Virus record (IMG/VR): IMGVR_UViG_3300028025_000089
Direction: 5' to 3' (one strand)
Length of the DNA stretch: 64,000 bases
From: a virus
Lineage: Duplodnaviria > Caudoviricetes
A program made the translations under genes and the position numbers. The notes beneath the pieces were generated by a model. It saw only the letters and a program-made list of their open reading frames with translations, was not told the DNA's origin and searched no databases. This document shows positions 17,820-27,594 of this stretch, piece after piece; the first letter of the stretch is position 1, and every line of letters starts with the position of its first letter.

Positions 17820-18703
17820 AAACAAAATTAGTAACTGCGTTTTATACTGATATTATTGGGTTTCCTTTTTTTGGTCACGAGTCCTTTGCAAGACATGAAC
17901 GTTATTTACATTCATTAAGAACTTTAAACAATATGAATACAGAAATTGTTTGTTATTGTAATGACACTCAATATGATTTAATGACCAAATATTGTGAAGA
18001 ATTTAATTTGACTAATGTAACGATTAAGATTTCAAACCTTAGAGATTATCCAAAAACAAATAGAATGTTAGAATTAAAAAGATCTAACGATCAATTTAAT
18101 TTTTATCATGAAGTTGATTGGAATAAGTTATATCTTCTTTCTAAAGAGTATGATGAATTTTATGATTATATTTATTGGATTGACTGTGGTTTATCTCACC
18201 GTGGTTTATTCACTTTAAAATACAATCCACACTCCGATAAAATTACAGGTTTATCAAGAGATTGGGAAAACTATTCATTCACAAATATATTTTGTCCTGA
18301 ATTATTTCCAAAGATAAATAATTGGGTAGGTGATAAATTAATCAATTTGGCAAACACTATGTTTTCCCACAACCCAAACGAAATTAGATCTGTTTATAAA
18401 AATAACAACGATTACAAACACATGTCAGTTGGTGGTATTTTAGGGGGACACATTTCAAAATTAAATTGGTTCATAGAACAATTTGATAGAATAAGTGATA
18501 TAAGTTTAAATGAAAATTTTATATTAAATCACGAAGGTATGATAACAGATTTAGAGTTTGAAAATCCTGAAATGTTTAAAACTTATAGTTTTGACACTTG
18601 GTATCATGATGACTTTTGGCTTACAACACCGATTTTCGATAGAGAATCAATTAAAAATAAAACACACTTCGTTCATTTTTTTGAAAAGGAGTTAGGAATT
18701 TAA
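17816..18703 (+). CDS. HtrL/YibB (WlaTC)-like putative glycosyltransferase
   Basis: TKLVTAFY start, YIYWIDCG motif, VGGILGG; homologous to the middle domain of 18713..21091. Confidence 0.55.
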   Translation: MKTKLVTAFYTDIIGFPFFGHESFARHERYLHSLRTLNNMNTEIVCYCNDTQYDLMTKYCEEFNLTNVTIKISNLRDYPKTNRMLELKRSNDQFNFYHEVDWNKLYLLSKEYDEFYDYIYWIDCGLSHRGLFTLKYNPHSDKITGLSRDWENYSFTNIFCPELFPKINNWVGDKLINLANTMFSHNPNEIRSVYKNNNDYKHMSVGGILGGHISKLNWFIEQFDRISDISLNENFILNHEGMITDLEFENPEMFKTYSFDTWYHDDFWLTTPIFDRESIKNKTHFVHFFEKELGI

Positions 18704-18712
18704 AAATTAAAT

Positions 18713-21091
18713 ATGGAAGATTTTTTTGATAAGGTATTACACTATTATGGCAGAAAGGGCCAAAAACTATTTATGATCAACATTGGTGCCATGGACGGTG
18801 TTATGTTTGATAGTATGAGCGGTTATGCTCAAATATACAATTCAGATGTATTATATGTTGAACCAATGAAACCTCATTTTGAAAGATTGGTAGAACATAA
18901 AAGTAATAACCCTGGAAATAAATTTGAAAATTCGGCGATTAGCGATTTCAATGGGACTATTACTATGAAAACAATTCCAATTGAGGTTGTTGACGAAGGT
19001 TTAGTTCATCCTGCTTTTTATGGTATGAGTGTGATTGATCCTACTAAAAATGGTATGGGTAGTGAAGGTGACAGAGAGGTTGTTGAAAAATATGCCGTTG
19101 ATGTTGAGGTAAATTGCATCACATGGGATACTCTTGTTCAAAGACACAATATAGAACATTTTGATGTGTTGTCAGTGGATACTGAAGGACATGATTATAC
19201 AATTTTTAAACAAATTGATTTACAAAAATTTAGACCTAGTCTGATTAGATTAGAGTGGTGTAATATGACTGATGAAGAAAAAACTAACATTACAAATAAA
19301 TTTACAGATGCTGGATATGTTTATGAAATATTAGGTAATATGGATATTGATGCAATTAGAAAAGATGTTTACGATGAAATAGAATTATCTTTAAATCCTG
19401 TAAAACCAAAAGAAGAAAAATCAAAATCAAGACTTACCATTGTTACTGGTTTATGGAACATTAAAAGAGAAGAATTAAGTGAAGGTTGGTCAAGATCTTA
19501 TGAACACTACTTAGAAAAATTTTCACAGTTATTAGATACATCTTGTAATATGATAATTTTTGGTGATTCAGAATTAGAAAGTTTTGTTTTTTCTAAAAGA
19601 AGTCATGAAAACACACAATTTATTAATAGACCACAATCGTGGTTCAAAGGAGAATTCTATGATAAAATTCAAGAAATTAGAACAAATCCTGAATGGTATA
19701 ATTTGGCAGGTTGGTTAAAAGACTCCACACAGGCTAAATTAGAAATGTATAATCCGCTTGTAATGTCAAAAATGTTTTTATTACACGATGCGGTTATATT
19801 AGATAAATTTGATTCTCAAAAATTATTTTGGTTAGATGCTGGAATTACAAACACAGTGAATCCAGGTTATTTCACACATGATAAAGTTTTAGATAAGGTG
19901 GAAAATTTATTTGATCGTTTCACATTTGTTGCATTCCCTTACGAAGCAGACAAAGAGATTCATGGATTTGATATTGACGCAATGACCGAAATGGTTGGTC
20001 AAAGAGTTAATAAAGTTTGTCGTGGAGGTTTCTTTGGTGGATCTAAACCAATGATTAGAGAAATGAACACTCTATATTACGACTTAATGAAAACTACTTT
20101 AAGTAGAGGTCTTATGGGAACTGAAGAAAGTTTGTTTTCAATTATGACATATACAAACCCAAACAATATTGATTATGTAGAAATTGAGTCTAATGGGTTA
20201 TTATATAAGTTTTTTGAGGACGTTAAAAACAATAATGTAGAAATTAAAAGTTTTAGAAAGGGAACCCCAACCAAAGTTAGAAATGGAGATGTTGGTTTAT
20301 ATGTAATTACATTCAACAGTCCTAAACAATTTGAGACGTTAATTAATTCTATGTATGCTTATGATGAAGATTTTATTCATAAAACAAAGAAATTTTTATT
20401 AGACAACTCAACTGATTTATCTACCACACCAAAATATTTGGAACTGTGTGAAAAATATGGTTTTGAACACATCAAGAAAGATAATATAGGTATTACGGGA
20501 GGTCGTGTGTTTGTTGCCGAACATTTCCACGAATCAAATATGGATTACTATATGTTCTTCGAAGATGATATGTTTTTCTACAATGGACAAGATTTTACTT
20601 GTAAAAATGGGTTTATGAGAAAAACTAAAAATTTATACGAAAAAGTTTTACAAATTTCTAAAAAAGAAAATTTTGATTTCTTAAAATTTAACTTTACAGA
20701 ATTTTATGGTAGTCATGAAAAACAATGGGCGTGGTATAATGTTGATCAAGAGTATAGAAATACTATTTGGCCTGATAACCCAAAACTTCCTGTAAACGGT
20801 CAAGATCCAAATGCTCCTTATTTAGAATATAAAAATATTAAATCATATGAAGGGACACCTTACGCCACGGGTGAAGTTTATTTATCAAATTGGCCGATAA
20901 TTTTATCTAAAGAAGGAAACTACAAATGTTATATTGAAACTAAATACACCTATCCTTACGAACAAACTTTAATGTCACATTGTTATAAAGAAATGAAGAA
21001 AGGAAAAATACATGCGGGAGTTCTTCTTATGACACCAACCGAACACGATCGTTTCGAGTTTTATGAAGGTGGGTTAAGAAAAGAATTTTAA
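18713..21091 (+). CDS. Fusion: FkbM-type methyltransferase + HtrL/YibB-like domain + GT-A (GT2-like) domain
   Basis: INIGAMDG/VEP/VDTEGHD (FkbM); LTIVTGLWNIKR...FWLDAGI...GGFFGG (HtrL-like); LYVITFN...MFFEDDM (GT-A DxD). Confidence 0.7.
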   Translation: MEDFFDKVLHYYGRKGQKLFMINIGAMDGVMFDSMSGYAQIYNSDVLYVEPMKPHFERLVEHKSNNPGNKFENSAISDFNGTITMKTIPIEVVDEGLVHPAFYGMSVIDPTKNGMGSEGDREVVEKYAVDVEVNCITWDTLVQRHNIEHFDVLSVDTEGHDYTIFKQIDLQKFRPSLIRLEWCNMTDEEKTNITNKFTDAGYVYEILGNMDIDAIRKDVYDEIELSLNPVKPKEEKSKSRLTIVTGLWNIKREELSEGWSRSYEHYLEKFSQLLDTSCNMIIFGDSELESFVFSKRSHENTQFINRPQSWFKGEFYDKIQEIRTNPEWYNLAGWLKDSTQAKLEMYNPLVMSKMFLLHDAVILDKFDSQKLFWLDAGITNTVNPGYFTHDKVLDKVENLFDRFTFVAFPYEADKEIHGFDIDAMTEMVGQRVNKVCRGGFFGGSKPMIREMNTLYYDLMKTTLSRGLMGTEESLFSIMTYTNPNNIDYVEIESNGLLYKFFEDVKNNNVEIKSFRKGTPTKVRNGDVGLYVITFNSPKQFETLINSMYAYDEDFIHKTKKFLLDNSTDLSTTPKYLELCEKYGFEHIKKDNIGITGGRVFVAEHFHESNMDYYMFFEDDMFFYNGQDFTCKNGFMRKTKNLYEKVLQISKKENFDFLKFNFTEFYGSHEKQWAWYNVDQEYRNTIWPDNPKLPVNGQDPNAPYLEYKNIKSYEGTPYATGEVYLSNWPIILSKEGNYKCYIETKYTYPYEQTLMSHCYKEMKKGKIHAGVLLMTPTEHDRFEFYEGGLRKEF

Positions 21092-21117
21092 TTCAAGTAT
21101 TTATTGAAAAATGCTAA

Positions 21118-21624
21118 ATGGAATTTTTCATTAAGAAAGGTGCGACCCTTCCTGTTTTAAAAATCAACGTTATTAAAGACGGTAGATCTGACTATGATAG
21201 AACTATGCGGTATTTAGAAGAGACCGACATATTTTTTTCTATGGTCGATACTGAAACAGGTATACCAAAGTTTACATCAAGACCTGCGGGTGTGATGAAA
21301 AAAGAACAATTAAATACAAACCTTCAAACGGAGTATTATGTTTATTATCAATTCACACCTAACGACACAAAAAAAGTTGCAAGATACAAAGGTCAATTTC
21401 TTTTTAGAAATGAAACAGGTTATTTAATACTTCCTTTAAATCAAGAAATATATGTAAATGTTACTGATAGTTTTATAATAAATGATTTTGAATATCAAAG
21501 TTGTTATGTTGTAGATTTTCCTTGTTGTAAATCACAACCTGTTCCACCACCAATTCCTCCAATACCAACAACCACAACATCAACCATACCAACAACCACA
21601 ACATCAACCATAACCGGTTTATAA
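21118..21624 (+). CDS. Virion accessory protein (BppU-N-like beta domain) with Pro/Thr-rich tail, paralogue 1
   Basis: MEFFIKKGATLPVLK...YYVYYQF...YKGQF; tail PVPPPIPPIPTTTTSTIPTTTTST. Confidence 0.5.
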   Translation: MEFFIKKGATLPVLKINVIKDGRSDYDRTMRYLEETDIFFSMVDTETGIPKFTSRPAGVMKKEQLNTNLQTEYYVYYQFTPNDTKKVARYKGQFLFRNETGYLILPLNQEIYVNVTDSFIINDFEYQSCYVVDFPCCKSQPVPPPIPPIPTTTTSTIPTTTTSTITGL

Positions 21625-21664
21625 TACTAAATGGTCTTTTGTTGTATTTATAGAAAAAGATTAA

Positions 21665-22468
21665 ATGGAATTTACTATAGGTCAAAACTCTACGCTCCCT
21701 CTTTTAAAATTACAGGTTGTAAAGGATGGGATCAGTGATTACGAGTCCATGATGAATTTTATTGAAACCTCATCGATATTTTTTTCGATGACAAACATTG
21801 AGACTGGTGTTTTAAAAATAAATGCTAAGGCAGCAAGTTTTGTTGAAAAATTAGAGTTAAACCCAAATGCTAGTCCTGAGTATTACGTTTATTATAAATT
21901 CACACCTCAAGATACAAACAAAGTTGGAAGATATGAAGGTCAGTTTGTTTTTATAAATGAAACAGGAACATTAGTATTACCAATTAGAGAAAAGTTATAT
22001 ATTAATATACTTGAAAGTTATATGTCAAATGATTTGGTATATAATAATTGTTATGTTTTGGATTATAGATGTTGTGTAACACCTTTCCCAACAAACACAC
22101 CAAGTCAAACTCCATATCCTATTTTGAGTATGACCCCTACTCAAACACCTACTCAAACACCTACACCAACAGTAACACCTACAAACACATCCACACCTAC
22201 AGTAACACCTACAAACACATCCACACCTACTCAAACATTAACACCAACGGTAACACCAACAAATACATTTACGTCCACCCAAACGGTAACACCAACAAAT
22301 ACTCAAACAGTAACACCAACAAATACTCAAACAGTAACACCAACTCAAACACCTACCCCAACTCCAACACCAACTCAAACACCAGCGGTCGTTGTATTAA
22401 TCAATCCAATAATAACCGAAAATGATGAATATATTATCGTTGGTAATAATGAATATTTAAAATTTTAA
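21665..22468 (+). CDS. Virion accessory protein with mucin-like TPTQTPT stalk, paralogue 2
   Basis: [15 protein letters not shown]...YYVYYKF...YEGQF, clearly paralogous to 21118..21624; about 85 aa of T/P repeats. Confidence 0.5.
   Translation: MEFTIGQNSTLPLLKLQVVKDGISDYESMMNFIETSSIFFSMTNIETGVLKINAKAASFVEKLELNPNASPEYYVYYKFTPQDTNKVGRYEGQFVFINETGTLVLPIREKLYINILESYMSNDLVYNNCYVLDYRCCVTPFPTNTPSQTPYPILSMTPTQTPTQTPTPTVTPTNTSTPTVTPTNTSTPTQTLTPTVTPTNTFTSTQTVTPTNTQTVTPTNTQTVTPTQTPTPTPTPTQTPAVVVLINPIITENDEYIIVGNNEYLKF
22130..22385 (+). repeat. Thr-Pro tandem repeats (30-nt and 24-nt units)
   Basis: acagtaacacctacaaacacatccacacct twice (22169-22228); gtaacaccaacaaatactcaaaca twice (about 22286-22333). 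Confidence 0.9.
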
Positions 22469-22491
22469 AACTATTTATAAAATAAAAAACT

Positions 22492-24348
22492 ATGGCACTA
22501 ACAGGTAAAACAATTGGAGAATTAGAATATCTACAATTCCCAACAAATGAAACTTTAATTCCAGTACAATATATTGGGGACACTTATCATATTACATTTT
22601 CTTCGATAACATATAACGAAGGGACATATGCACAGTTTGTTGCAGAAGCAGGAGCCGGTGTTCTTACACCAGGTAGATTTTATTTGATGACAGATTATCA
22701 GGCCATTTATGACCAACCTAACTATGATAATTTCAAAACTCCCATCTTTACAGGTAACAGTATGACAGGTATTACCGAACCATTATTATTACTTGCAATA
22801 TCAGAAACGCAGTTTTCACCTACGGTATATTCAACATTATATCCTCAAGATCAAATAACATATGATATAACTTGGAATACGACTGAAATCTCAAGCACAC
22901 CAGCAAAAGGTAGGATTACAGAAAGAATTGACATATACAACAACAGAACAGACTACGATCATAGAAATATTTTATTTAAAAGATATCGCGGGTATTCATA
23001 TGATCAAAATAATCCACTGAGTGGTCTTGTAGGGATAAGTGGTATAACAGGAAATACTGGTGTATTATATGGAAACACAGGAACAACATTTAATTCAAAC
23101 TTATTTGTTGGAAGTTATATTGCGGTGAGAAATTTAAATCCATATATTTTTGAAGTTATTTCAGTTGAGAGTGATTCTCTTGCTACAATATCAGGTGTAA
23201 CTATAAGTGAAACTAATGACTCATCTTATTATTACGGAAATGACGATGGGATAATGAGTTATTACCAAGCAAATGTAAGACAAGATTTAGTTTATGAATA
23301 CACAACATTTGGTGATGCCATTGATGATAATGGTGCTGTAAATAATTATGTTGGTAATTACTCAAATCTTTATTTATACGAAGGGGTTGGAAACTTTTTA
23401 TTGGCAAATAATGTATTCTTAGTGGGTGCTTACAGAAACAACACTATTGGTGACGGATCTCGTAATAATACATTTAACGATGATTGTTATGATAACCAAA
23501 TAGGGTCTAATTTTTATAACAACTCCACAAATGATGATTTTGATAGTAATATAATCGGTGATAATTTCCGTGACAATTTTATTACCGCTAATTTCCAACG
23601 AAACAGAATTGGTTATAATTTTTATGATAATATTTTAACAGGATCTGATTTTTACAGAAACAATATCGGAAATGATTTTAATGGAAATGTTTGTAATAAC
23701 AACGACTTTCAAAATAATGAGATAGGAAATCAATTTAACAATAATGAAATTTATAATAATTTTTATAAAAATGACATAGGTAATGGTTATAACGGTAACA
23801 ATATCTACAGTGATTTTTATGGTAATTTGATTGGGAACGGATATAATAATAATACTATTTATACGAGTTTTAGAGATAATGTAATTGGTGATTATTTTGA
23901 TAATAACACAATTGGTGACAATACAAACATCGGAGGATTTTCGTTTTATTTAAATAATATCGGGTATTACTTCCAAAGTAACATTATATTAGGAACCTTT
24001 GCCTATAATGAAATAGGTAGTAATTTCCAAAATAATAATATTGGTGACGGATTTGGGTTTGGGATTTCTACAAGTCAAGGAAATAAAATAGGAAATTATT
24101 TTTACAATAATATAATCGGTGAATATTTTTATAATAATGTGATTGCAGATGGATTTTATTTTAACACAGTAGTTGATTTTTTCCAATTAAATGATGTAAA
24201 ATTTTCATTATTTTCTACCGATTTTAGCACATCAACATATGTTTATGGTGACTATAATTGCACTTTATTTAAAAACTCGGTATTATCCCCAAGACTTTCT
24301 TACTTTGACGGGTCGGATACTTTGATGGTAGTTAATGTGACCGATTAA
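22492..24348 (+). CDS. Probable tail fibre/spike-like protein with Asn-rich 9-aa solenoid repeats
   Basis: Repeats of x-I-G-x-x-F-x-x-N (NQIGSNFYN, RIGYNFYDN, EIGNQFNNN, VIGDYFDNN) over about 23440-24170. Confidence 0.55.
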   Translation: MALTGKTIGELEYLQFPTNETLIPVQYIGDTYHITFSSITYNEGTYAQFVAEAGAGVLTPGRFYLMTDYQAIYDQPNYDNFKTPIFTGNSMTGITEPLLLLAISETQFSPTVYSTLYPQDQITYDITWNTTEISSTPAKGRITERIDIYNNRTDYDHRNILFKRYRGYSYDQNNPLSGLVGISGITGNTGVLYGNTGTTFNSNLFVGSYIAVRNLNPYIFEVISVESDSLATISGVTISETNDSSYYYGNDDGIMSYYQANVRQDLVYEYTTFGDAIDDNGAVNNYVGNYSNLYLYEGVGNFLLANNVFLVGAYRNNTIGDGSRNNTFNDDCYDNQIGSNFYNNSTNDDFDSNIIGDNFRDNFITANFQRNRIGYNFYDNILTGSDFYRNNIGNDFNGNVCNNNDFQNNEIGNQFNNNEIYNNFYKNDIGNGYNGNNIYSDFYGNLIGNGYNNNTIYTSFRDNVIGDYFDNNTIGDNTNIGGFSFYLNNIGYYFQSNIILGTFAYNEIGSNFQNNNIGDGFGFGISTSQGNKIGNYFYNNIIGEYFYNNVIADGFYFNTVVDFFQLNDVKFSLFSTDFSTSTYVYGDYNCTLFKNSVLSPRLSYFDGSDTLMVVNVTD

Positions 24349-24365
24349 AAATATTAAAATTTTAG

Positions 24366-24394
24366 TTGATAAGAGTATTTTTTACTCCTATATT
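24366..24394 (+). promoter_or_regulatory. Sigma70-like promoter upstream of DNA polymerase
   Basis: TTGATA-N17-TATATT, overlapping a TATTTAT motif at 24391. Confidence 0.5.
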
Positions 24395-24453
24395 TATTTA
24401 CGAAGGTAAATGCCGACCTAATTCGGTAGCTAATACACCAAAAGTAAATAACT

Positions 24454-27273
24454 ATGATATCACAAGAAGAAATTGAAAATTTCCTACAAGGAAACGACCC
24501 CGAACAATATATCGTGTCAGTAGAATACGATTATGTATCCGACAAAATTTTTAGAGTAAAAGAAGTTCCTGGTAAAGGAAAACAAATATCAAAAGACACC
24601 TTGATTTCATTTGCATGGGTTGGTGATCTACGAAGTCTTAACTTTTATTCAAAATCAAAAGCATTACAAAAAGAAGCCATGTCTAAACATGGTATTATTA
24701 TAGAAAAATTAAAAACCGAAGGTAATGATCGTTTAGAACGAGGACTTACCTTTATGGTTAAATCTATGAAAGGTTATAGAAATCTTATTCAGTTCTTTAG
24801 AGAAGGAGGTGTAGATCCGTGGGGTGAAAATGTAAGAGACCTCATCATGGTTTTACCCCCCGTTGAGCAATACCTCATCTCAAAAGAGAAACGACTATTC
24901 AAAGGATTCGAAGAATACAATGACATCACAAGGATGGTATTCGACTTGGAGACGACCTCACTTGAGCCCAAGGATGGTCGTATCTTCATGATCGGAATTA
25001 AAACAAACAAAGGATTCAAAAAAGTAATTGAATGTTCTAATGAAGATGAAGAAAGAAGAGGTATAACCGAATTCTTCAATATCATAGAAGAACAAAAACC
25101 TTCAATTCTTTCAGGATACAATTCATTCAACTTCGACTGGTATTGGATTTATGAAAGATGTAAAATGTTGAATCTTGATATCAAAAGAGTTGCTAAATCT
25201 CTGAACCCTGAAAAATCTATATCACAAAAAGAATCAATGTTAAAATTAGCAAACGAGGTTGAGAAATTTACTCAAACTCAAATGTGGGGTTATAACATTA
25301 TTGATATTCTACATTCAGTTCGTAGAGCTCAAGCAATCAACTCAAACATTAAAGAAGCTGGTTTGAAGTATATTACTAAATACATTGAGGCTGAGGCTCC
25401 TGATCGTGTCTATGTTGAACACAACAAGATCGGTTCTATGTATCGTGAAAAGGAAGAGTATTGGTTGAATATTGAAAATGGTAAATATAAAAAAGTGGGC
25501 GTTGATTCTAAGATCGATGAGGTTTGTGGAAGACATTCTAAAATTTATATTAAAACAACGGGGGACGATATTATTGAGCGTTATCTTGACGATGACTTAG
25601 AAGAAACTCTTTTGGTTGATGAAGAATTCAATCAAGGTTCATTTTTGTTGGCATCACTTCTTCCAACAACATATGAAAGAGTATCAACGATGGGAACGGC
25701 AACACTATGGAAAATGTTGATGTTGGCTTGGTCTTATAAACACGGACTTGCAATTCCTGCAAAAAATGATAAAGGGAACTTCGTAGGAGGACTTTCAAGG
25801 TTGATTCGAACAGGATACTCAAAGAACGTATTAAAACTCGACTACTCGTCTCTATATCCATCAATTCAGTTGGTTCACGATGTGTTTCCTGATTGTGATG
25901 TGACAGGTGCAATGAAAGGTTTATTATCATACTTTCGTAACACTCGTATCAAATACAAACAACTTGCTGAGGAATATGCAACGATTGATAAAAAGAAATC
26001 AACATCTTATGACCGTAAGCAATTACCAATTAAGATCTTCATTAACTCGATGTTCGGTGCCCTATCAGCCCCACAAGTATTTCATTGGGGTGATATGGAT
26101 AAAGGTGAAATGATTACTTGCACGGGTCGTCAGTATCTTCGAATGATGATTAACTTCTTTATGGATCGTGGATATACACCTCTTGTAATGGACACGGATG
26201 GTATTAACTTTTCTGTTCCTGAAGGTGTAGAAGAAAGACGTTATGTTGGTAAAGGTCTGAACTGGAAAGTAAAAGATGGTAAAGAATATGTTGGTGAAGA
26301 AGCGGATGTAATGGAGTTTAACGATCTTGCAATGAGAGGTGAGATGGCACTTGACACTGACGGACAATGGCCAGCGTGTATTAACTTGGCTCGTAAGAAT
26401 TACGCCTTGATTACAGCAAAAGGTAAAATCAAACTTACAGGTAATTCAATTAAGTCTAAGAAAATGCCGATCTATATTGAGAAGTTCTTAGATAAAGGAA
26501 TTAAATTACTTCTTGACGGTAAAGGACAAGAGTTTGTTGAGTGGTATTATGAATACGTCCAACAGATATTTGATCTTCAAATTCCTTTGATGGATATTGC
26601 AAACAAAGCAAAAGTAAAACAAACTATTGATGACTACATTATTCGTAGTAAACAAACAACAAAGGCGGGAAGTTTAATGTCTCGACAAGCACACATGGAA
26701 TTGGCGATCAAGGAGGGGTTAAATGTAAATCTTGGTGATGTAATATTTTATGTTAATAATGGATCTAAAGCATCACACGGAGATGTTCAAAAAGTTAATA
26801 AACCAAAGAAAGGTTGGTCAGAAGATCATATAAACACTTATGGGGGACCAATTCCTGATTCATTAGATTCGATAATCCAACTTAATTGTTATAGAATTGA
26901 TCCTTCAGATTTAGAAAATAACCCAACAATGAAAGGTCAATATAACATTCAAAGAGCAATTGCAACTTTCAATAAACGTGTTGAGCCATTACTTGTTGTT
27001 TTCAAACAAGAAGTAAGAAACGGATTGTTAGTTAAGAACCCAGAAGACAGACCATTCTTTACTAAAGATCAATGTGAGTTAATCAACGGACAACCATTTG
27101 ATGAAAGTGACCAAGATAAGTTAGAAGACGTTATGGAAATTTCAGACGAAGAAATGTTGTTTTGGAATCGTGTTAATGAAACTCCATATCACATGTATAA
27201 AGATGCGGATGAAGTCATGTGGAAATACGTGCCAAAAGATGAATTAATCAAGTTTGAGTCCATCGGAGGATAG
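24454..27273 (+). CDS. polB: Family B DNA polymerase
   Basis: ExoI VFDLET, ExoII GYNSFNFDW, motif A LDYSSLYPS, motif B KIFINSMFG, motif C MDTDG. Confidence 0.95.
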   Translation: MISQEEIENFLQGNDPEQYIVSVEYDYVSDKIFRVKEVPGKGKQISKDTLISFAWVGDLRSLNFYSKSKALQKEAMSKHGIIIEKLKTEGNDRLERGLTFMVKSMKGYRNLIQFFREGGVDPWGENVRDLIMVLPPVEQYLISKEKRLFKGFEEYNDITRMVFDLETTSLEPKDGRIFMIGIKTNKGFKKVIECSNEDEERRGITEFFNIIEEQKPSILSGYNSFNFDWYWIYERCKMLNLDIKRVAKSLNPEKSISQKESMLKLANEVEKFTQTQMWGYNIIDILHSVRRAQAINSNIKEAGLKYITKYIEAEAPDRVYVEHNKIGSMYREKEEYWLNIENGKYKKVGVDSKIDEVCGRHSKIYIKTTGDDIIERYLDDDLEETLLVDEEFNQGSFLLASLLPTTYERVSTMGTATLWKMLMLAWSYKHGLAIPAKNDKGNFVGGLSRLIRTGYSKNVLKLDYSSLYPSIQLVHDVFPDCDVTGAMKGLLSYFRNTRIKYKQLAEEYATIDKKKSTSYDRKQLPIKIFINSMFGALSAPQVFHWGDMDKGEMITCTGRQYLRMMINFFMDRGYTPLVMDTDGINFSVPEGVEERRYVGKGLNWKVKDGKEYVGEEADVMEFNDLAMRGEMALDTDGQWPACINLARKNYALITAKGKIKLTGNSIKSKKMPIYIEKFLDKGIKLLLDGKGQEFVEWYYEYVQQIFDLQIPLMDIANKAKVKQTIDDYIIRSKQTTKAGSLMSRQAHMELAIKEGLNVNLGDVIFYVNNGSKASHGDVQKVNKPKKGWSEDHINTYGGPIPDSLDSIIQLNCYRIDPSDLENNPTMKGQYNIQRAIATFNKRVEPLLVVFKQEVRNGLLVKNPEDRPFFTKDQCELINGQPFDESDQDKLEDVMEISDEEMLFWNRVNETPYHMYKDADEVMWKYVPKDELIKFESIGG

Positions 27274-27591
27274 TATATACCATACTCCCTGAATGTTTTG
27301 TAATTCTATACAAGCACCTCTACCGATGTGAATTTCATCCCAATCTTCGTCAATTCTACCCATGTCAGGCATTATAGTGCAATTGGTTAATGACTTAATT
27401 GTAATCTTATCTGTAGTTGTTGAGTCTAATTTTAATTTACAATTACTAACATCTTTGATTAATAAAAGATATTCACCCTTTGTTGAGTAAATTTCTTCAC
27501 TAATAACAACAGTTTCAAATGTATCCAAACTTATAGAACGACCTCCTCTAAATACTGTTTTTCTAACGGGTTTTTCTCTATATATTGCCAT
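27244..27591 (-). CDS. Hypothetical beta-rich protein, likely structural
   Basis: 115-aa ORF directly downstream of the neck gene; overlaps the polymerase 3' end by 30 nt. Confidence 0.5.
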   Translation of the reverse strand: MAIYREKPVRKTVFRGGRSISLDTFETVVISEEIYSTKGEYLLLIKDVSNCKLKLDSTTTDKITIKSLTNCTIMPDMGRIDEDWDEIHIGRGACIELQNIQGVWYILSSDGLKLD

Positions 27592-27594
27592 AAC

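Noticed and set aside
22025-22425. Alternate-frame ORFs (CRCGCVC..., SNTYSNT...) over the TPT repeat
   Set aside because: Shadows of the Thr-Pro repeat.
26000-26210. Polymerase motif variants NSMFG (Tyr to Phe) and MDTDG as a sign of modified-base specificity
   Set aside because: Conservative changes with catalytic Asp residues and the steric-gate Tyr intact; not enough to infer altered specificity.
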